The notes beneath the pieces are model-generated. The model made no database searches and had not been told where the DNA came from. It worked only from the letters and a program-made list of their open reading frames with translations. Shown here piece after piece: positions 14,241 to 28,240 of a stretch of DNA of 64,000 nucleotides; position 1 is the first letter of the stretch, and each line of letters starts with the position of its first letter. The stretch lies in NCBI RefSeq assembly GCF_009914755.1, contig NC_060926.1; one strand, 5' to 3'. The position numbers were made by a program, and so were the translations under genes. The stretch is from the human T2T-CHM13v2.0 reference genome, Homo sapiens.

Positions 14241-14770
14241 CTAGCTGCTTGATAAATGGGATCTGTTCTATTATTACCCCTCCCCCACCTCTGGCTTTTT
14301 CATTTGCTCCCCAGTGTGTCGATCACCTTCCTGCCTGTGAACACAGCCGTATCTTCTGGAGTCTTCAACCAGCCACGCCCACCCAGCCACTCTCTACCAT
14401 CTCATCAGCTCCCAGCTTACTCACCACGCACTAAGCGGAGCCTTCTCTGGCCCTCTGACAATTTATATCCTTAGGTTATCTTCTTAGGCCTCCATGCACC
14501 TCTTGTCGATTTTTTTCACAGAAGTCCTTTCTCATTTAATCCCACTGTGCTGCAAATTCCACGACCAGAGGCTCTATACACTCTCTTTCTCTCGTCCCCA
14601 TTGCCAAGCAGTGCCTCGTAGATGGTAAGCACACACAATTGGTTAAATAAAGGAATATTTCATAGATCTGTAGTTCCATGAACAACCTTGTGAGGAACGT
14701 CCTTCCCAACCCAACTCCCGGAAAGAAATCTCCATAGCCTCCCTGAGCCATCCCTTCCACTGGATGGTCA

Positions 14771-15534
14771 TGAAACAGGGAAAGCTCCTATGTCCCCCTC
14801 ATAGGGCATGCGATGGGGGTGTGACTCACTTCTTCGGTGCCTCACTGCTCAAACCCGTAAGGGGAGCAGGCAGACGGGCAGGTGGTGGGGAGCGCAGGCT
14901 CTGACCCCACGGCAGAATCTAGAGGTGAGTATTTACAGCTCCTGGAGCCCCAGTGGGCGTGTCACAGTGTGCTCTTTTCATTTTGTTGTCTGTAGGAGGC
15001 TTGTATCAACCAGCTCAGTTGGACCCTCCGGCTCACTGCAAGGACAGACGGCTTTCTGTATCCCGGGGTTCTTGCCTTGGTGTACTGGAAAAATCAGATC
15101 ACACGTGGGCTTGGAGAACGGACGCGAAGTTTTATTGAATGGCGAAAGCAGCTCTCTCAGCAGATGGATGGGAACCAGAAGAGAGGTGGCCTCCCCTGGA
15201 GACTGTTTCCACTGAGCAGCCCGACTCCTCTCCCGGTTGTCCCGCCATAGACGGCCTGCCGGCGTCTGCTGGCGTCTCCCGGTGTGTTCCTCCACCCCTC
15301 TGCGTCTCGCAACCGCCAGCCGCTGGCGTGTCTGCCCGCTAGGCTCTCAGAGTGTCTATAGGCACGGGATGGGAGCACGACAGGCCAGGCTGGTCTGGAA
15401 AATGCAACATTTGGGCATGAAAACAGACATGCCTGTTCTCACCTAGGTCCGTGGACACAGGCCTGGGGTGGAGCCCTTGCCAGGGACCGCCCCACCTTCT
15501 CCTCCCAGCACTTCCCTGCCCCCTTCCTGTATCA
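14771..15534 (-). mobile_element. ERV1 solo LTR, LTR1/LTR27/LTR28 family
   Basis: Minus strand begins TGATACAGGAAGGGGCAGGGAAGTGCTGGG and ends CCCTGTTTCA; AATAAA at 15131-15136 (minus); perfect 4-bp TSD GTCA (14767-14770, 15535-15538), as expected for ERV1. Confidence 0.85.
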
Positions 15535-15699
15535 GTCAGGAGCTGCGGTGCTCTGTTAGAATCCAGTGTTGAGTGGAGTTATTTATGTGGAAAGAAAAAA
15601 ACAGGAGTATTTACAGGATATAGCCAGTCTTCTAGTGGATGAACTACATATAGAAACAAAGTTAGAAAAGTGGCGCAAATCAGATTTTCCTTTAGTAGC

Positions 15700-16280
15700 T
15701 GTATTAGTCAGCGTTCTCCGGAGGATATGTGTATATATGTATACATGGTGTATATCCCTCAATAGGATCTATGTATATATGACAGGGAATTTATTAGGGA
15801 TAACTGGCACACATGATTACACAGTGAAGTCCCATGATGGACCCTGTGTAAGCTGGGGAAGAGAGAAGTGGTAGTGGCTCAGTCCGAGTCTGAAAGCCTC
15901 AGAACCAGGGAACCCAACAGTGCAGGCTTCATTCTGTGGCCAAAAGCTCAAGAGGCCAGCAAGCCACGGGTGCACGTCCCAGAGTCCAAAGCCGAAGAAC
16001 CTAGAGTCTGATGCCCATGGGCAGGAGGATCAGACCGAAGCATCCAGCCTGGGAGAAAGATGAAAGACTCGGACAGAGCTGCTCATCTCACCTTCCTCTG
16101 CCGGCTTTGTCCCAGCCACACTGGCGGCCGATTGGATGGTGCCCACCCACAATGAGGGTGGGGCTTCCTCTCCCAGTCCAATGACTCAAATATCCATCTC
16201 CTCTGGCAATACCCTCCCCGACACACTGATCTAGGCATCCTTCATTCCAATCAAGTTGACACCTAATACTAACCATCATA
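15700..16280 (-). mobile_element. MLT2B-type ERVL solo LTR
   Basis: tgtattagtcagcgttctcc...caatcaagttgacacctaatactaaccatcata; TSD gtagc/atagc. Confidence 0.85.
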
Positions 16281-19200
16281 ATAGCTGTGGTGGCAAACTG
16301 GGCTGTTCGTAACAGTGGATCAAGGTGGACCTGTCTAAAACAGGGGAGCTCAAGAAAGAAATGGATTAGTTATGGAATGACGAAAGTCCACACATTTTAA
16401 GACAGTCTTATGTCAAAATAGGGTAGAGAAGCAAAGCTGGCCAGACATCAACAGAAGCCAAAGGAGTTGAAGGTCAAATAATAACAGTCACTTAGGCCAG
16501 AAAGCCCAGATGCACACACCTGGGGGGAAAATAGTCACTCTAAAACTTACACAGAGGATGTCACAGCAAGGGTTTCCCCTTGTCTTCTGGCCAGGACCAC
16601 ATATATCCTTTCCCAGCTTGGTGTCTCATAAGCCTGAACACTTGAGGTTGGCAATGAAGTTGCAAATTCCTACTTAAAAAAGTTTCTGATGGCTACAACA
16701 TGATTTTCTCTGTAGTTTCTCGGATCATTTCCTTTGCTTAGATTCAACACTTTTCGTGGATAAGAATACAGAAACTCAGAGAGGTTAAATGATTTACTTT
16801 AAACACTGTTTATAACTTCAACACATATAATATTTATTGAGTGCATACTAGATATGTCAGGTATGATTCTAGATCTTGGAGATGCAGTGATAAACACAAC
16901 AAACTCTCTTGCATTTAAACTACCAATTTATCTCAGAGCTGTTGAGTGGCAGAGTGAAATTCAGTTGAGGTCTCTGGCGTCAGACCACCTGGGCATTTTC
17001 TACACACAGTTTCATTGTATATCTTTCTGTAATTCCTTAAACAGGTAGTTTTCTTAGTATTTGTTTTTGTAAGTCTTTATTTCTGCAGGTATTCTGGAGT
17101 ATTCAAGTGGAAAAATATTTATTCTCTCCATATGAAATTATCAAGATTCATGTTTAGAAGGTTGATAGAGTCTGAGTTTGCTCTGTTCCCCCAACCGCAG
17201 GCATCGTTTCACTGGTATATTTAAAATCGCGTTAACTGTAATGTGAGTCAAATTGTGTTTCTCAGAGCAAAAGAACTTTCAGGGAGGTGTTGTTTAAATG
17301 CTATAATAGCAAGAGTGTATCTTAATATTTTCATAAAGCCCTATTAATGGAAAATAATAATTTGTCTCTGTAATGGATGCCTAAGCTAGCTGAAATTTTT
17401 ATTAAGAAGTCCCTCAGTCCTGCTGAAAAAATATCCAATTAATTCTTCTGGATATTAAAAAAAACTTTGAGTAAAAATTAGTTTTTTTGAATTGCCAATG
17501 AATGATAATTATCAGTTGTTCCCAGCACCCAAATGCTGACTCAAGGGCTAGGTCACTATCTTGTTGAGATTAGCTGAGCATTTAAAAGATTATTGACTGA
17601 ACGCTGGAACCAAGCCTTAGGTAAAAATGGGTCTTTGAAAATGTAGAATCCAGGCCATCGATTAAAGAACCCACTAGAAATAAAATTAAGGTTCTGCTTG
17701 GTCTACTGATTTTTGACCAGACCTATGTGAAGTCCTGATAGGTCTGTCCTAAGATCTCACCATAGAAAAAAGATACTCTTGGGCATACTCTGCCCTGTTT
17801 ATATAAGAGTTTATATTAAATTGACTCTTTTTCTGTAGTAGAACCGGGGATAATTCTCAAGTGTCTGTGCAATAATATTACAGATATCTAATGTGTAACT
17901 AGGTAAAGTTAGTCAAAACCAGCACATTTAAGTGAGTCAATCTGATTTTAGTCTACTTATTAATAAAAACTAACTACAAGTGGTCGACAAGATCAATATT
18001 GTGTCTGAAATATCCTTAAGGTTGAAACTGGCATCAAAAAATATGTAGCATTTATATAACTTAGGTAGCCCTGACTGTTAGCAAATGATAGAAATTAAAA
18101 TAAACTAACATTCCAGACATTTAGTAGTAACTCATTTTGTTAGAGCAGTGTCCATTGTGTCTGTTGCTATGTAAGAGAAACCATTAGAAAAATCCATTTC
18201 TTAAGATTTCTTTGATCCAAGAACATTAATTATTTAACAAATATTTTAATACATGGAAGCTTGGATTTATTCATTTGCCTAGCCTGAGAAATAATAATTT
18301 TTATTGGATGTATTCACTGCATAATATATTAGAGATTTTTTTCACATTAAAAATGTTTCATAACTTAGAATTGACTTTGACCCCAATTTAACCTAATTAA
18401 TTTAATATAATTGCCTCAGATGAGAGTGAAGTTATTTACTTTCTGGAACACCAGTAGGAAATGATAGAACTGAGTCTAAGAACACAGACTGAGCATGACA
18501 TCACAGGGTAAGGTGAGCCAGAGGGCTGGGTGACACGATGTTTCCTCGTCCTCTGGTATCCCACTGGTTGGGAGGAGCGGGGAGGACAGGGAAGCCAGGG
18601 GACAGCAGAGACCACAGAAGCATTCTCCCTGTTGCTGCTCCAGTGACTGGCACAAGACGCTGAAATCCAAGGTCAGGGGCAGCCTTCTGGGTGTTTCCCA
18701 GAGGAAAAGACCAGAAATCACTCAATCTGGAAGCTGAAGACGGCATTCAATTTTTGTCACAGGCCATGGATCCCAGTCAGGAAGAGGAATGGAGATGGCA
18801 ACTAGGAATGAATGGTCAGAGGCAAATGGACTAGAGACAGTCTCTTCCTGTGTCTACTTCAAAAATCACGTTGTTTTCACTCAAAAATGCCCCTAAAGCA
18901 GCCCAAACTGCCCACTTCTTTGTGACAGGTGTATGTGGATGTGTGTGGGTATGTGTGTCTGTAGGGCAGGAGTAATAGTAGCTTAATAAAAGCAGACAGT
19001 TACAAAAAGGCAGGGTAAAAATTCATTTCCTTTAGAGAAAAGATATTTTCCTTTAAGTATTAAATATGTATTTTCTATTCCCATCTCTGGAGTGCATATT
19101 GTCTATGAAGTTATTAGACTCAATAATGTGATGTGTTGCCAGGAGTGGGTCTCAGGGTGAATCTATATTTTATGATATAGAAAAATATGCCATTTTAATT

Positions 19201-21072
19201 ATCTTTATATCAGGTTTGAGAGTTGTGACATTTGTCTGAAATAACAATATATTTAAGTACATTCTTTATAGCTGGAAGAGATTCTAGTTTTCTCAGAGAC
19301 CAAGAATGCATGCGTAATACAAAATAAAAGCAAAGAGAATCCTTCTAAGATGAACCAATATATTAACATAATGTATTTCTATGCAAATGGTTACCAAAAA
19401 TAGAGCAATTATTTTTAAGTAATGCTTCCAAGTAACCAAATCTAGTTACGGGTGCTCAGTGGAATGATGAAATCCACGAAGGGTCTTTGATCCTGCTGAT
19501 GTGCTGTGATCCTCCCAGGCTCTGTTGTCACCCAAACAGCTGCCACTGAAATTGTGGAGATCCTGCATCTCCCAGCACCTGAGTTCATTCCAGAGCTAAT
19601 GAAAGAGATGGGCTGTGCCCTCCTCCTTCTGAGTCAATAAGCAGCCGATGACAATGTGCAAGGAGCAAAGGCATTGAGGCTAATTCAAGGGGAGACCCAG
19701 CATCCTGATTGGAGCAGGGCAGGATCTGGTGATGGGGGGCCCAGGACTTCCTGAATGTGAGGAGCAGTTTCTCCACTCCCTCCCCTCAGATATCTTCCAA
19801 GTTGGCAAGGATGGGACTGGCCTTAGCCAGGGTGGGGCAAGGTTGTATTTTCTAAGTTGAGTGCCCATAGCAATTCTAGCAAATGTGGCCTTCTTGAACC
19901 ACCTTTTTAAAGCTCCGTCAAGATGGCTCCTGTTCTTGCCACAGTGCGTGCGGGCATGGGTGCTACAGAATCACTGCCCGTTAGAACCCAGGGATCACCG
20001 GGATTCTCTAAGCTTGATTGCTGTTTGAGATGTGAGAACACTCAGGCTCAGAGGGGCATGGCCTCTTCGTGAGGCCATGGACGACCAGACACAGCCAATA
20101 TCTCTACCCTGGCCTCTTTCCACTGTCCATGTTGCCCCCCATGTGGATACTTTTGTGCACAAACAATGGCGATTGCCCACACTTATGAAGTGTTATAAAG
20201 GTGGCCTCCTTTGCAGTTCTGAGGGCATGAGGTCAATTAACTCATGGAAACCCTCAGCTGTCCATGATGCCTTCACAGTGCTGCCCCCACATTACAGAGC
20301 AGCCTTGGCTACTGCAGGCGGAAAATAAGCAGGGATAAGAGTTAAACAGTTACGTCGAGAGCTCTGCCCAAGTCTTCTCTTTTAGGATATATTATTCTTT
20401 GCCTTGCCCTGCTAGTCATGGGAGGATCGAGGCCATGCCCTACTCAGGTTTGAGGGGCTTCTGGAGCACAACCCACTGCACCACTGCCCACAGGCTTCTG
20501 TTGTAGCCCACAACACACTCACATCGTGACGTGATGATAATGTGAAAACATATGAAAATCAGAGGGAAAAATGAAAAAATAAGAAAGGTTAGGAGCAAGG
20601 AAGGGTAAAAGAGAATCCAGATATGCATAGAGCCTGCACAGGGATGAAAATCTCACTTCAAATGTGCCTCTCAGTTTCCTTAAAGCCCAATATGTCGTGG
20701 TTAATCTCATTAATCATTAACTAATAACTGTATTAGTCACCACAGAGGCAGGATCTTCCTGTGTAGCAACATTACAACATAGATGTATGCATCCTGTCTT
20801 CCTCACAGGATTTCTCACACAGTATCTTCACCATCATTATTCATTATCATTATCACCACTGTTATTAATATTATGGTTGTATGTAAATCTCTTGTGACAT
20901 TTCCATTGGCTGTATTAATTAATTTACTCAATGAATGTTTATCGAGCTTTTACTATGTTCCAAGATTGGTGTACACAGAGATCAATAAGACACAGTCCCC
21001 GCCATGAGAAGTCTATTGGATAAAATAGCTACATAAACCAAATATGTGTAAAATAACATGGATGGACAATGA

Positions 21073-21774
<702 letters not shown>

Positions 21775-23391
21775 AGAAGTGGATTGTTTTGAAAAGTAAA
21801 TGGGAAAACATCCAGGAAGCAGGGACTTAGAGCTGAGAAATAGCAGAATGTGTGAGAAGAATTACACAGTCCCTAGCTCAGTGTTTCTGGACCATTAAAA
21901 TGAGGCAGAGGAGTACCTGTTGTCATTGCTGTGACACACACAGGGCCGGATCATGGAGAGTCTCTCATTCCACACTAACTTTGACCTAATCTTTTGATAA
22001 TGAGGTGCTAGTGAGGGCCTTAAGGTTTTGTGGTACTTGCTTTCAGATGTACCTGCCCATTTTGCTAAAGCGGAGCCCCCAGTTACTGAACACGGAGGCA
22101 CCATGCAGCATGAGATCTTGATGTGGCCTGTACCCCCTTGTGTGATGTGAGAGACCCTCAGGCTGGGTCTGACATCCCCACCAGCAAAGAGCCTCTGTGT
22201 CCAGCCTGCAGATCTTTGGCCCAAGCAAATGTTGCCATCATGGGAATAACTCCCGGATTTCCAAAGGCTCTATCAGTCACTGCGTGGGAGCCAATTCTGC
22301 CCGGAGATGCTGCCTCCAGGAGGCAAGTTATTACAACGCAAGCCAGATATGAATATTTAACCTATCTGATGCTAAATGATTTAACAGGTGCCTCTGCAGT
22401 GTCTGAGGAAATGTGTTCCTTCAGGGCCTAATAAAAATAGGCATTGTTTCCACGTTAGTGTGTAAGAATAGAAATAAAGACTTCTATTCAAACTAGGTTA
22501 GTGTCATTTGCATCAGGGATAAGACTCAGCAGAATCTGGAAAGGAATTGAAAATTATCATCAAAATAAACCCAAACAAGAACAAGCACAACCTCCCCACC
22601 ACCACCCACCCCACGCAGCCAGTTAGCACTCAAAGTGTTAACACTTACGCTGAGGTGCTGAAATCACCTATTACCGTAGAGTTCATGGCCCAGATGTTCC
22701 TGAGGAGGACAATTTACAGGATTCCTTTTAGTGCATGGTATATTAGCATCCCATTTTAATGAATTCCATAAATAAAAGATGATGAAATGCCAGTGTTTTG
22801 CAAACTGTGTAAGGTTAGCTTTATCTTACAATCTGGCTGCAAGATTCCCATAGCCAGTTTGCTTTTCCTTCCTTGGCTTTATGTTCTGAAATAATATACT
22901 TGCATTTAGTCATATAAGAACAGTGTGCCCTTTCATTATAAAAATGATAGTATTGAATCTATTTTTTTCACATGTCCTAAGTTTCATCTGTCATGCCAGA
23001 GAAATCGATTGGCTCAGGTAATGGAAGCTTCTTCAGGTTTCTAAGATATAATGCACTATTTCCTTACTTTAGTTAGTTGTACTCCAGGTAACTGATCACA
23101 GGAAACTACCATCAGAATAATCAACTCTATGAAAAAAAAAAGTGTCTTTGTACCTTTCTAGGGAAGCATTCAGTTAAGTGATTTTTATTATAGATGCATA
23201 CTTAGTCACGTTAACTTGAATATTTGAAAATTGTTTACAAATAGAAAGAAATTTAATTATACAAATGATTGGAGAATGGCACGGTACCTTAGTTGTTCAT
23301 AGCTTTAGGAATTTCATAAATCTGGACCACAAGTGATCAGTGTCTTCAGGACAGGGCCTCACGTTAAGCTGCCCTAATAATAGGTAGATCT

Positions 23392-23849
23392 TGTGGTAGG
23401 CAACTTCTGAAAATGTCCCCAGAGACTCTGCACTATGTAGGATCCCCTCCCATTTGAGGGTGGGTTGGACCTGGTGACTCCCTTCTAATGGCTCGAATAT
23501 AGGTTCTGGGAAGTCACTTCTGAGGTGGAACTGGCACCTCGCTTGCTCTCTCTCCTGCCAGCTCTCATGCTGTGAGCTGCAATTATGCAGAGACCCATCT
23601 ATCACGGAGCAGAGGCCTCAGTCCAACAGCCCAAGAGAACCTGGATGTGGCCAACAAACAAGAAGAGAGCTTAGAAGCAGAGCTGGCCCTAGTCAGACCT
23701 GCAGAGCCTGCAGCCCCAGCGGACGCTGATTCCAGCCCAAGAGACCCCGCCACCATGTGCCACATTGTCTGACCACAGAAACCATGAGATAATAAATGTG
23801 GTTTGGTTTAAGCCACTGATTTGTTCCATTGCAATTGATAATTTAGTCA
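23392..23849 (+). mobile_element. MLT1 (E/F-like) MaLR LTR
   Basis: tgtggtaggc...ctcccatttgagggtgggttggacctggtgact...accacagaaaccatgagataataaatgtggtttggtttaagccactg. Confidence 0.75.
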
Positions 23850-24239
23850 TTAAAAATTGTTCTGAAGATCTTCCAAACACACTGTTTGAAGGTCATCCTG
23901 AAAAATACATTTCATTAGCAATACACATAATGAGGACAGAAAAAGCTTATATAAGGAAGGTTGAAGAGGTTGGCTCAGAAGGAGAGAGTAAAAGGGTGGT
24001 TCCAGGGGTTGAGCTGGGTTGGGGTAGGTATTCATCAAACCATTAGTTGGATAGAAGGAATAAGTTCAGGGGGTCTACTGTGTAGCACTGTGACCATAGT
24101 TAATAACAATATATTGTATTCTTGAAAATAGCTAAAAGAGTAGATTTTGTGTTTCTACCACAAAATAATGGTAAGTATGCAAGGTTATGCATATACTACT
24201 TAGCTTAACTTAGCCATTCCACAATGTATACCTATTTTA

Positions 24240-24394
<155 letters not shown>

Positions 24395-24395
<1 letters not shown>

Positions 24396-24518
24396 GAAGG
24401 AAGGAAGGAAAGAAAGGAAGGAGGGAAGGGAAGGGAAGGGAAAGGGGAAGGGGAAAGGGAAGGGGAAGGGGAAAGGGAAGGGGAAGGGGAAAGGGAAGGG
24501 GAAGGGAAGGAAAGGAAA
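24395..24518 (+). repeat. Pure purine (GGAA/GGGAA/GGGGAA)n tract replacing the Alu tail
   Basis: About 124 bp of A and G only; 18-mer GGGGAAGGGGAAAGGGAA repeated about 3 times. Confidence 0.95.
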
Positions 24519-24661
24519 CATCATGTTGTACATGATATACGCAATTATTTCTCAAGTAAAAATAAAGTAACTATATAAAGCTAGATTAGAGGACTTTATG
24601 TGTTCAATAAAATAGACATGCTAAAATAGAATTGAAAAGTTTAAGATCCTAGACTCTAGAT

Positions 24662-24899
24662 TGGGGGTCTGCAAATTATGTCCCTTGGTCCAAATCTGGT
24701 CCATCACTCTGTTTTTATAAATAAAGTTGTATTGAAACACAGCCATGACCATTTATTAACATATTTTCCATGGATACTTTTGCTCAAAATCTGCAGAGAT
24801 GAGTATTTGAAACAGAGGTTTTATGTATTGCAAAACGTAAAATATTTGCAATACTGCTACCTTATTCTCAAAAAAACCCACAAACTTTGCTGAGCTCTG
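24662..24899 (+). mobile_element. MER58A hAT MITE
   Basis: ggggtctgcaaattatg...gtttttataaataaagttgtattgaaacacagccatgacc...aactttgctgagctctg. Confidence 0.75.
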
Positions 24900-25489
24900 C
24901 TTGCTCTAGCTTAGACATACTTAAAAGGAGCTTCACGTATTCAAAGTGACTAATATCATCAAATGTGCAATGAAGAGTAAAAGAAGTTCAAGCTCTGGGA
25001 ACATACATCATGAAACATTTGAGTGTGAAATGCTGTAAGTGTTTACACATCCTCATTGTGATTTGACTGTGGGAGCCATGAGACCATTTTGTTTAAAATA
25101 AATGGTGCCCCTCCAGCTGCTGAAACCAGCTCTGTTCTCGTTGTATCTTTTTTCAGGAATTCTAAATGTTTTAATAAAGTACTGGTTTGTTTTATCTTAG
25201 ATTTCCAATTAAATTGCCATTTCCTAGGAAGAAGAATTTTGAAGCCAAAATGGACCCTACAGCTCATTCAGTCTGTCGTCTTGCCCTTACAGATGAGAAA
25301 ACTGGAATCTGGAGGCATTATATGACCTGCCTAACATGCGCACTCTTTACAGTCAGAGGCTGACATAGGAGTTCCTTCTTCCCCCTTTTAATTTTCTACC
25401 TTCCTCCTGTTAGAATCTGGTCTGGTATACTACAGTTTGCAATGTGCATGCTTAATAACTCTTCTGAAGGGAATTTTGCAATATCTACA

Positions 25490-25830
25490 GTGGTAGTTAC
25501 TGCTAGTGCTCACTAAATCACCATGGACTCTTTGCTTCCCAGCACCCCTTCATTTTAGGTTGGGCCCTTAAGACCAGAGTCAGGCCAGTGTGAAGTAAAA
25601 GTGTCAAAAGCCACTTTCAGGTTTAGCCTTCCTCACTGCACTGGTTCCAGATGGCCTAACAGCAAAAGGAAGCTTTGTGGGACTCTTCTGCTGAGAAAGA
25701 GCCCACAGGAGAAGCACTGCCCTTCATCAGACTGTGATACAAATGAGAAATAAAGCTGTGGTCTATTGAGCCACTGATGTTTCAGAGTTTGTTTGTTATT
25801 GTTAACATGCCGGCTATTCCTGTGATTACT
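25490..25830 (+). mobile_element. Old MLT1 (I/J-like) LTR
   Basis: ctttgcttcccagcacc...atgagaaataaagctgtggtctattgagccactgatgtttcagagtttgtttgttatt. Confidence 0.6.
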
Positions 25831-26176
25831 AGGGATCAGCAACTTGACAAACATTTTCATCTGGAATAAAAAAGAGAATGAAGAAATAAACCAAACAAAA
25901 ACTCTCAGCAGTAAAAATAAATGCTACGAAATTTCTCAAGGTCATTAACCTTATCCATAGAAAAATTTGTCTGCTCCGTCTCCAAAGACAAGTTCCACAT
26001 ACTTTATGCTCAAGTGCAACGAGTCCACACAAGTGCCGCAAAGAGATTTATTTTAATATCTTGTGTTTTGCATTTATCCTCAATAGCACATAGTAGCCAA
26101 CAAAGGAATATTTGTAACAAATAATCTTGATGATCTGATTTTCCAGCCAGTATCATATTAAAAGATACAGAGCAGA

Positions 26177-26486
26177 GGCCAGGCGCGGTGGCTCACGCCT
26201 GTAATTCCAGCACTTTGGGAGGCCGAGACGGGCGGATCACGAGGTCAGGAGATCGAGACCATCCTGGCTAACACGGAACCCCGTCTCTACTAAAAACACA
26301 GAAAATTAGCCGGGCGTGGTGGCGGGCGCCTGTAGTCCCAGCTACTCAGGAGGCTGAGGCAGGAGAATGGCGTGAACCCGGGAGGAGGAGCTTGCAGTGA
26401 GCCGAGATGGCAACACTGCACACCGGCCAGGGCCACAGACTGAGACTCCGTCTCAAAAAAAAAAAAAAAAAGAAAAAAAAAAAGAG
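26177..26486 (+). mobile_element. AluY
   Basis: gatcacgaggtcaggagatcgagaccatcctggctaacacgg and gaatggcgtgaacccggg diagnostics; TSD aagatacagagcag at 26162-26175 and 26487-26500. Confidence 0.95.
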
Positions 26487-27214
26487 AAGATACAGAGCAG
26501 CAAAAAATATATATAGGTATCAGAATGACAGGGAGCAGAAATTAAAATTAAATAAGAGCTCCATCTGTGACAACACCCTATGTATGGCGTTTCCCCCAAG
26601 ACTGATTGATAGAATGGTCAATGCTATAGAAATCACTCTTTTGAGTCTTTTGTTCAACAACCCACTCAATTTTTTGCATCCTTGTGTCTGTGTCTGGATG
26701 TCTGTCTACTGGATCACAGGAACTATGCTCATTTTAGGGAGAAAAAGGAAAAAAATGAAAAAAAAATCCTTAGTCTTTGCCATGACGGAAAGATAAGGCT
26801 TAAGAGGTAAAACTCGGGGCTTATTCTTTCTCCACCCTCTCCCACTCTGTTCCCAGAAAGGGGTCTCTGCAGGAGTAGAGGGTACAACAAAATCAAGGAC
26901 ACACTGATGCTCTTCTCTAATCAACTCTACAGAAAAATGTGTGGGAGAAAGACAGGTGGGAATATCTCCTGTGATGCTGAAATTACAGGCTGTGCCTTGG
27001 AGCACGAACTGCAGCTGAGCCTAGAGCAATCCTCCTGCTCTAATATATATAAGACCTTGAACTCCGACATCAAGGAAGAAAGCAAGTGTGTTAGCCGATT
27101 TATTTCCAAGAATGAATGGCAATTATGTTTAAGTGATTTCTCTGCTCTCATTCCTCTTTAGGCACTGAGACTCTACAAGCTGAACCTTTCTGAATCCTGA
27201 ACCAGTTCTGAATT

Positions 27215-28240
27215 CACTTATTTATTCATTGAACAATTGTTTGTTGATTATCTACTATACATCAAGTACTACTCTGCTTGTTAAGAATCCAGTTAAAAGC
27301 AGCACAGTTGATCTAGGGCTTCTATTTTTAATGTGAAGACAGGCAAAATAATAAGAAAAGAAATAAGCAAGATAGTTTCAGCTGAGGTCTTGAAAAGAAA
27401 GGAAAGGTGCATTGAATTGGAGGGGTGGATTGATGGAGGCAAGCTAACCTAGGGGTGTGGTCAGGGAAAGAGAAGAAACTGGAAAAGTAGAAAGAAGTAA
27501 GCTCCTGCAGGTACCTGAAGCCCTAGGAAGGGGTCTGGGTTGTCCAAAGTCAAAGGTGAGTCGCTGGAGGAAGGAGAGAGAGGAAGCCAACAGGAAATAA
27601 TGTGATTATGTTTGTATATTTTATTAGTCTGTTCTCACACTCCTCTGAAGAACTACCTGAGACTAGGTAATTTATGAAGAAAAGAGGTTTAACTGGCTCA
27701 CAGTTCACAGGTTTAACAGGAGGCATAACTAGGAGGCCTCAGGAAACTTACAATCATGGTGGAAGGGGAAGGGGAGGCAAGGGCCTTCTTCACATGGTGG
27801 CAGGAGAGAGAGAGCAACGGAAGAAGTGCCACACACTTTTAAAACAAACAGATCTCATGAGAAATCGCTATCACAAGAACAACAAGGGGGAAATCAACAT
27901 TCATGATCCAATCACTTCCCACCAGGCCCCTTCCCTGACATGTGAGAATTACAACTTGAGATGAGATTTGGGTGGGGACACAGACCCAAACCATACCCTA
28001 TATTAAGAAGGTTATTCTGATTTGCAGACAGCAAATGAGAAACAGGAAGACAAGTTGGGAGGTTACTGCAGTCATTCAGGCTAGAAATGATGGCACTTTG
28101 GACTTCAGTATTGCAGGAAAGATGGTGAGAAGTAAGTGAAGGGAGCATGAGTTTGGAGGTAGAGACAGCATATCTGTGGAGGTTTTGGGTACAGTTATTG
28201 AAGAAATGGAGGAAAAAAGAATGATTTCTAAGTCTGATGT
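27215..28240 (-). mobile_element. L2 fragment interrupted by MSTA
   Basis: ttattcattgaacaattgtttgttgattatctactat...; gttgggaggttactgcagtcattcaggctagaaatgatgg. Confidence 0.65.
27620..27998 (-). mobile_element. MSTA solo LTR
   Basis: tattagtctgttctcacact...ggaggcctcaggaaacttacaatcatgg...gagatttgggtggggacacagacccaaaccata; 5-bp TSD TATAT on both sides. Confidence 0.9.

Noticed and set aside
14808-15446. Cluster of overlapping ORFs
   Set aside because: All lie inside the GC-rich LTR, where stop codons are scarce; no gag/pol/env similarity.
17060-17250. Two acceptor-like sites (17088, 17200)
   Set aside because: No convincing matching donor; likely pseudo-sites.
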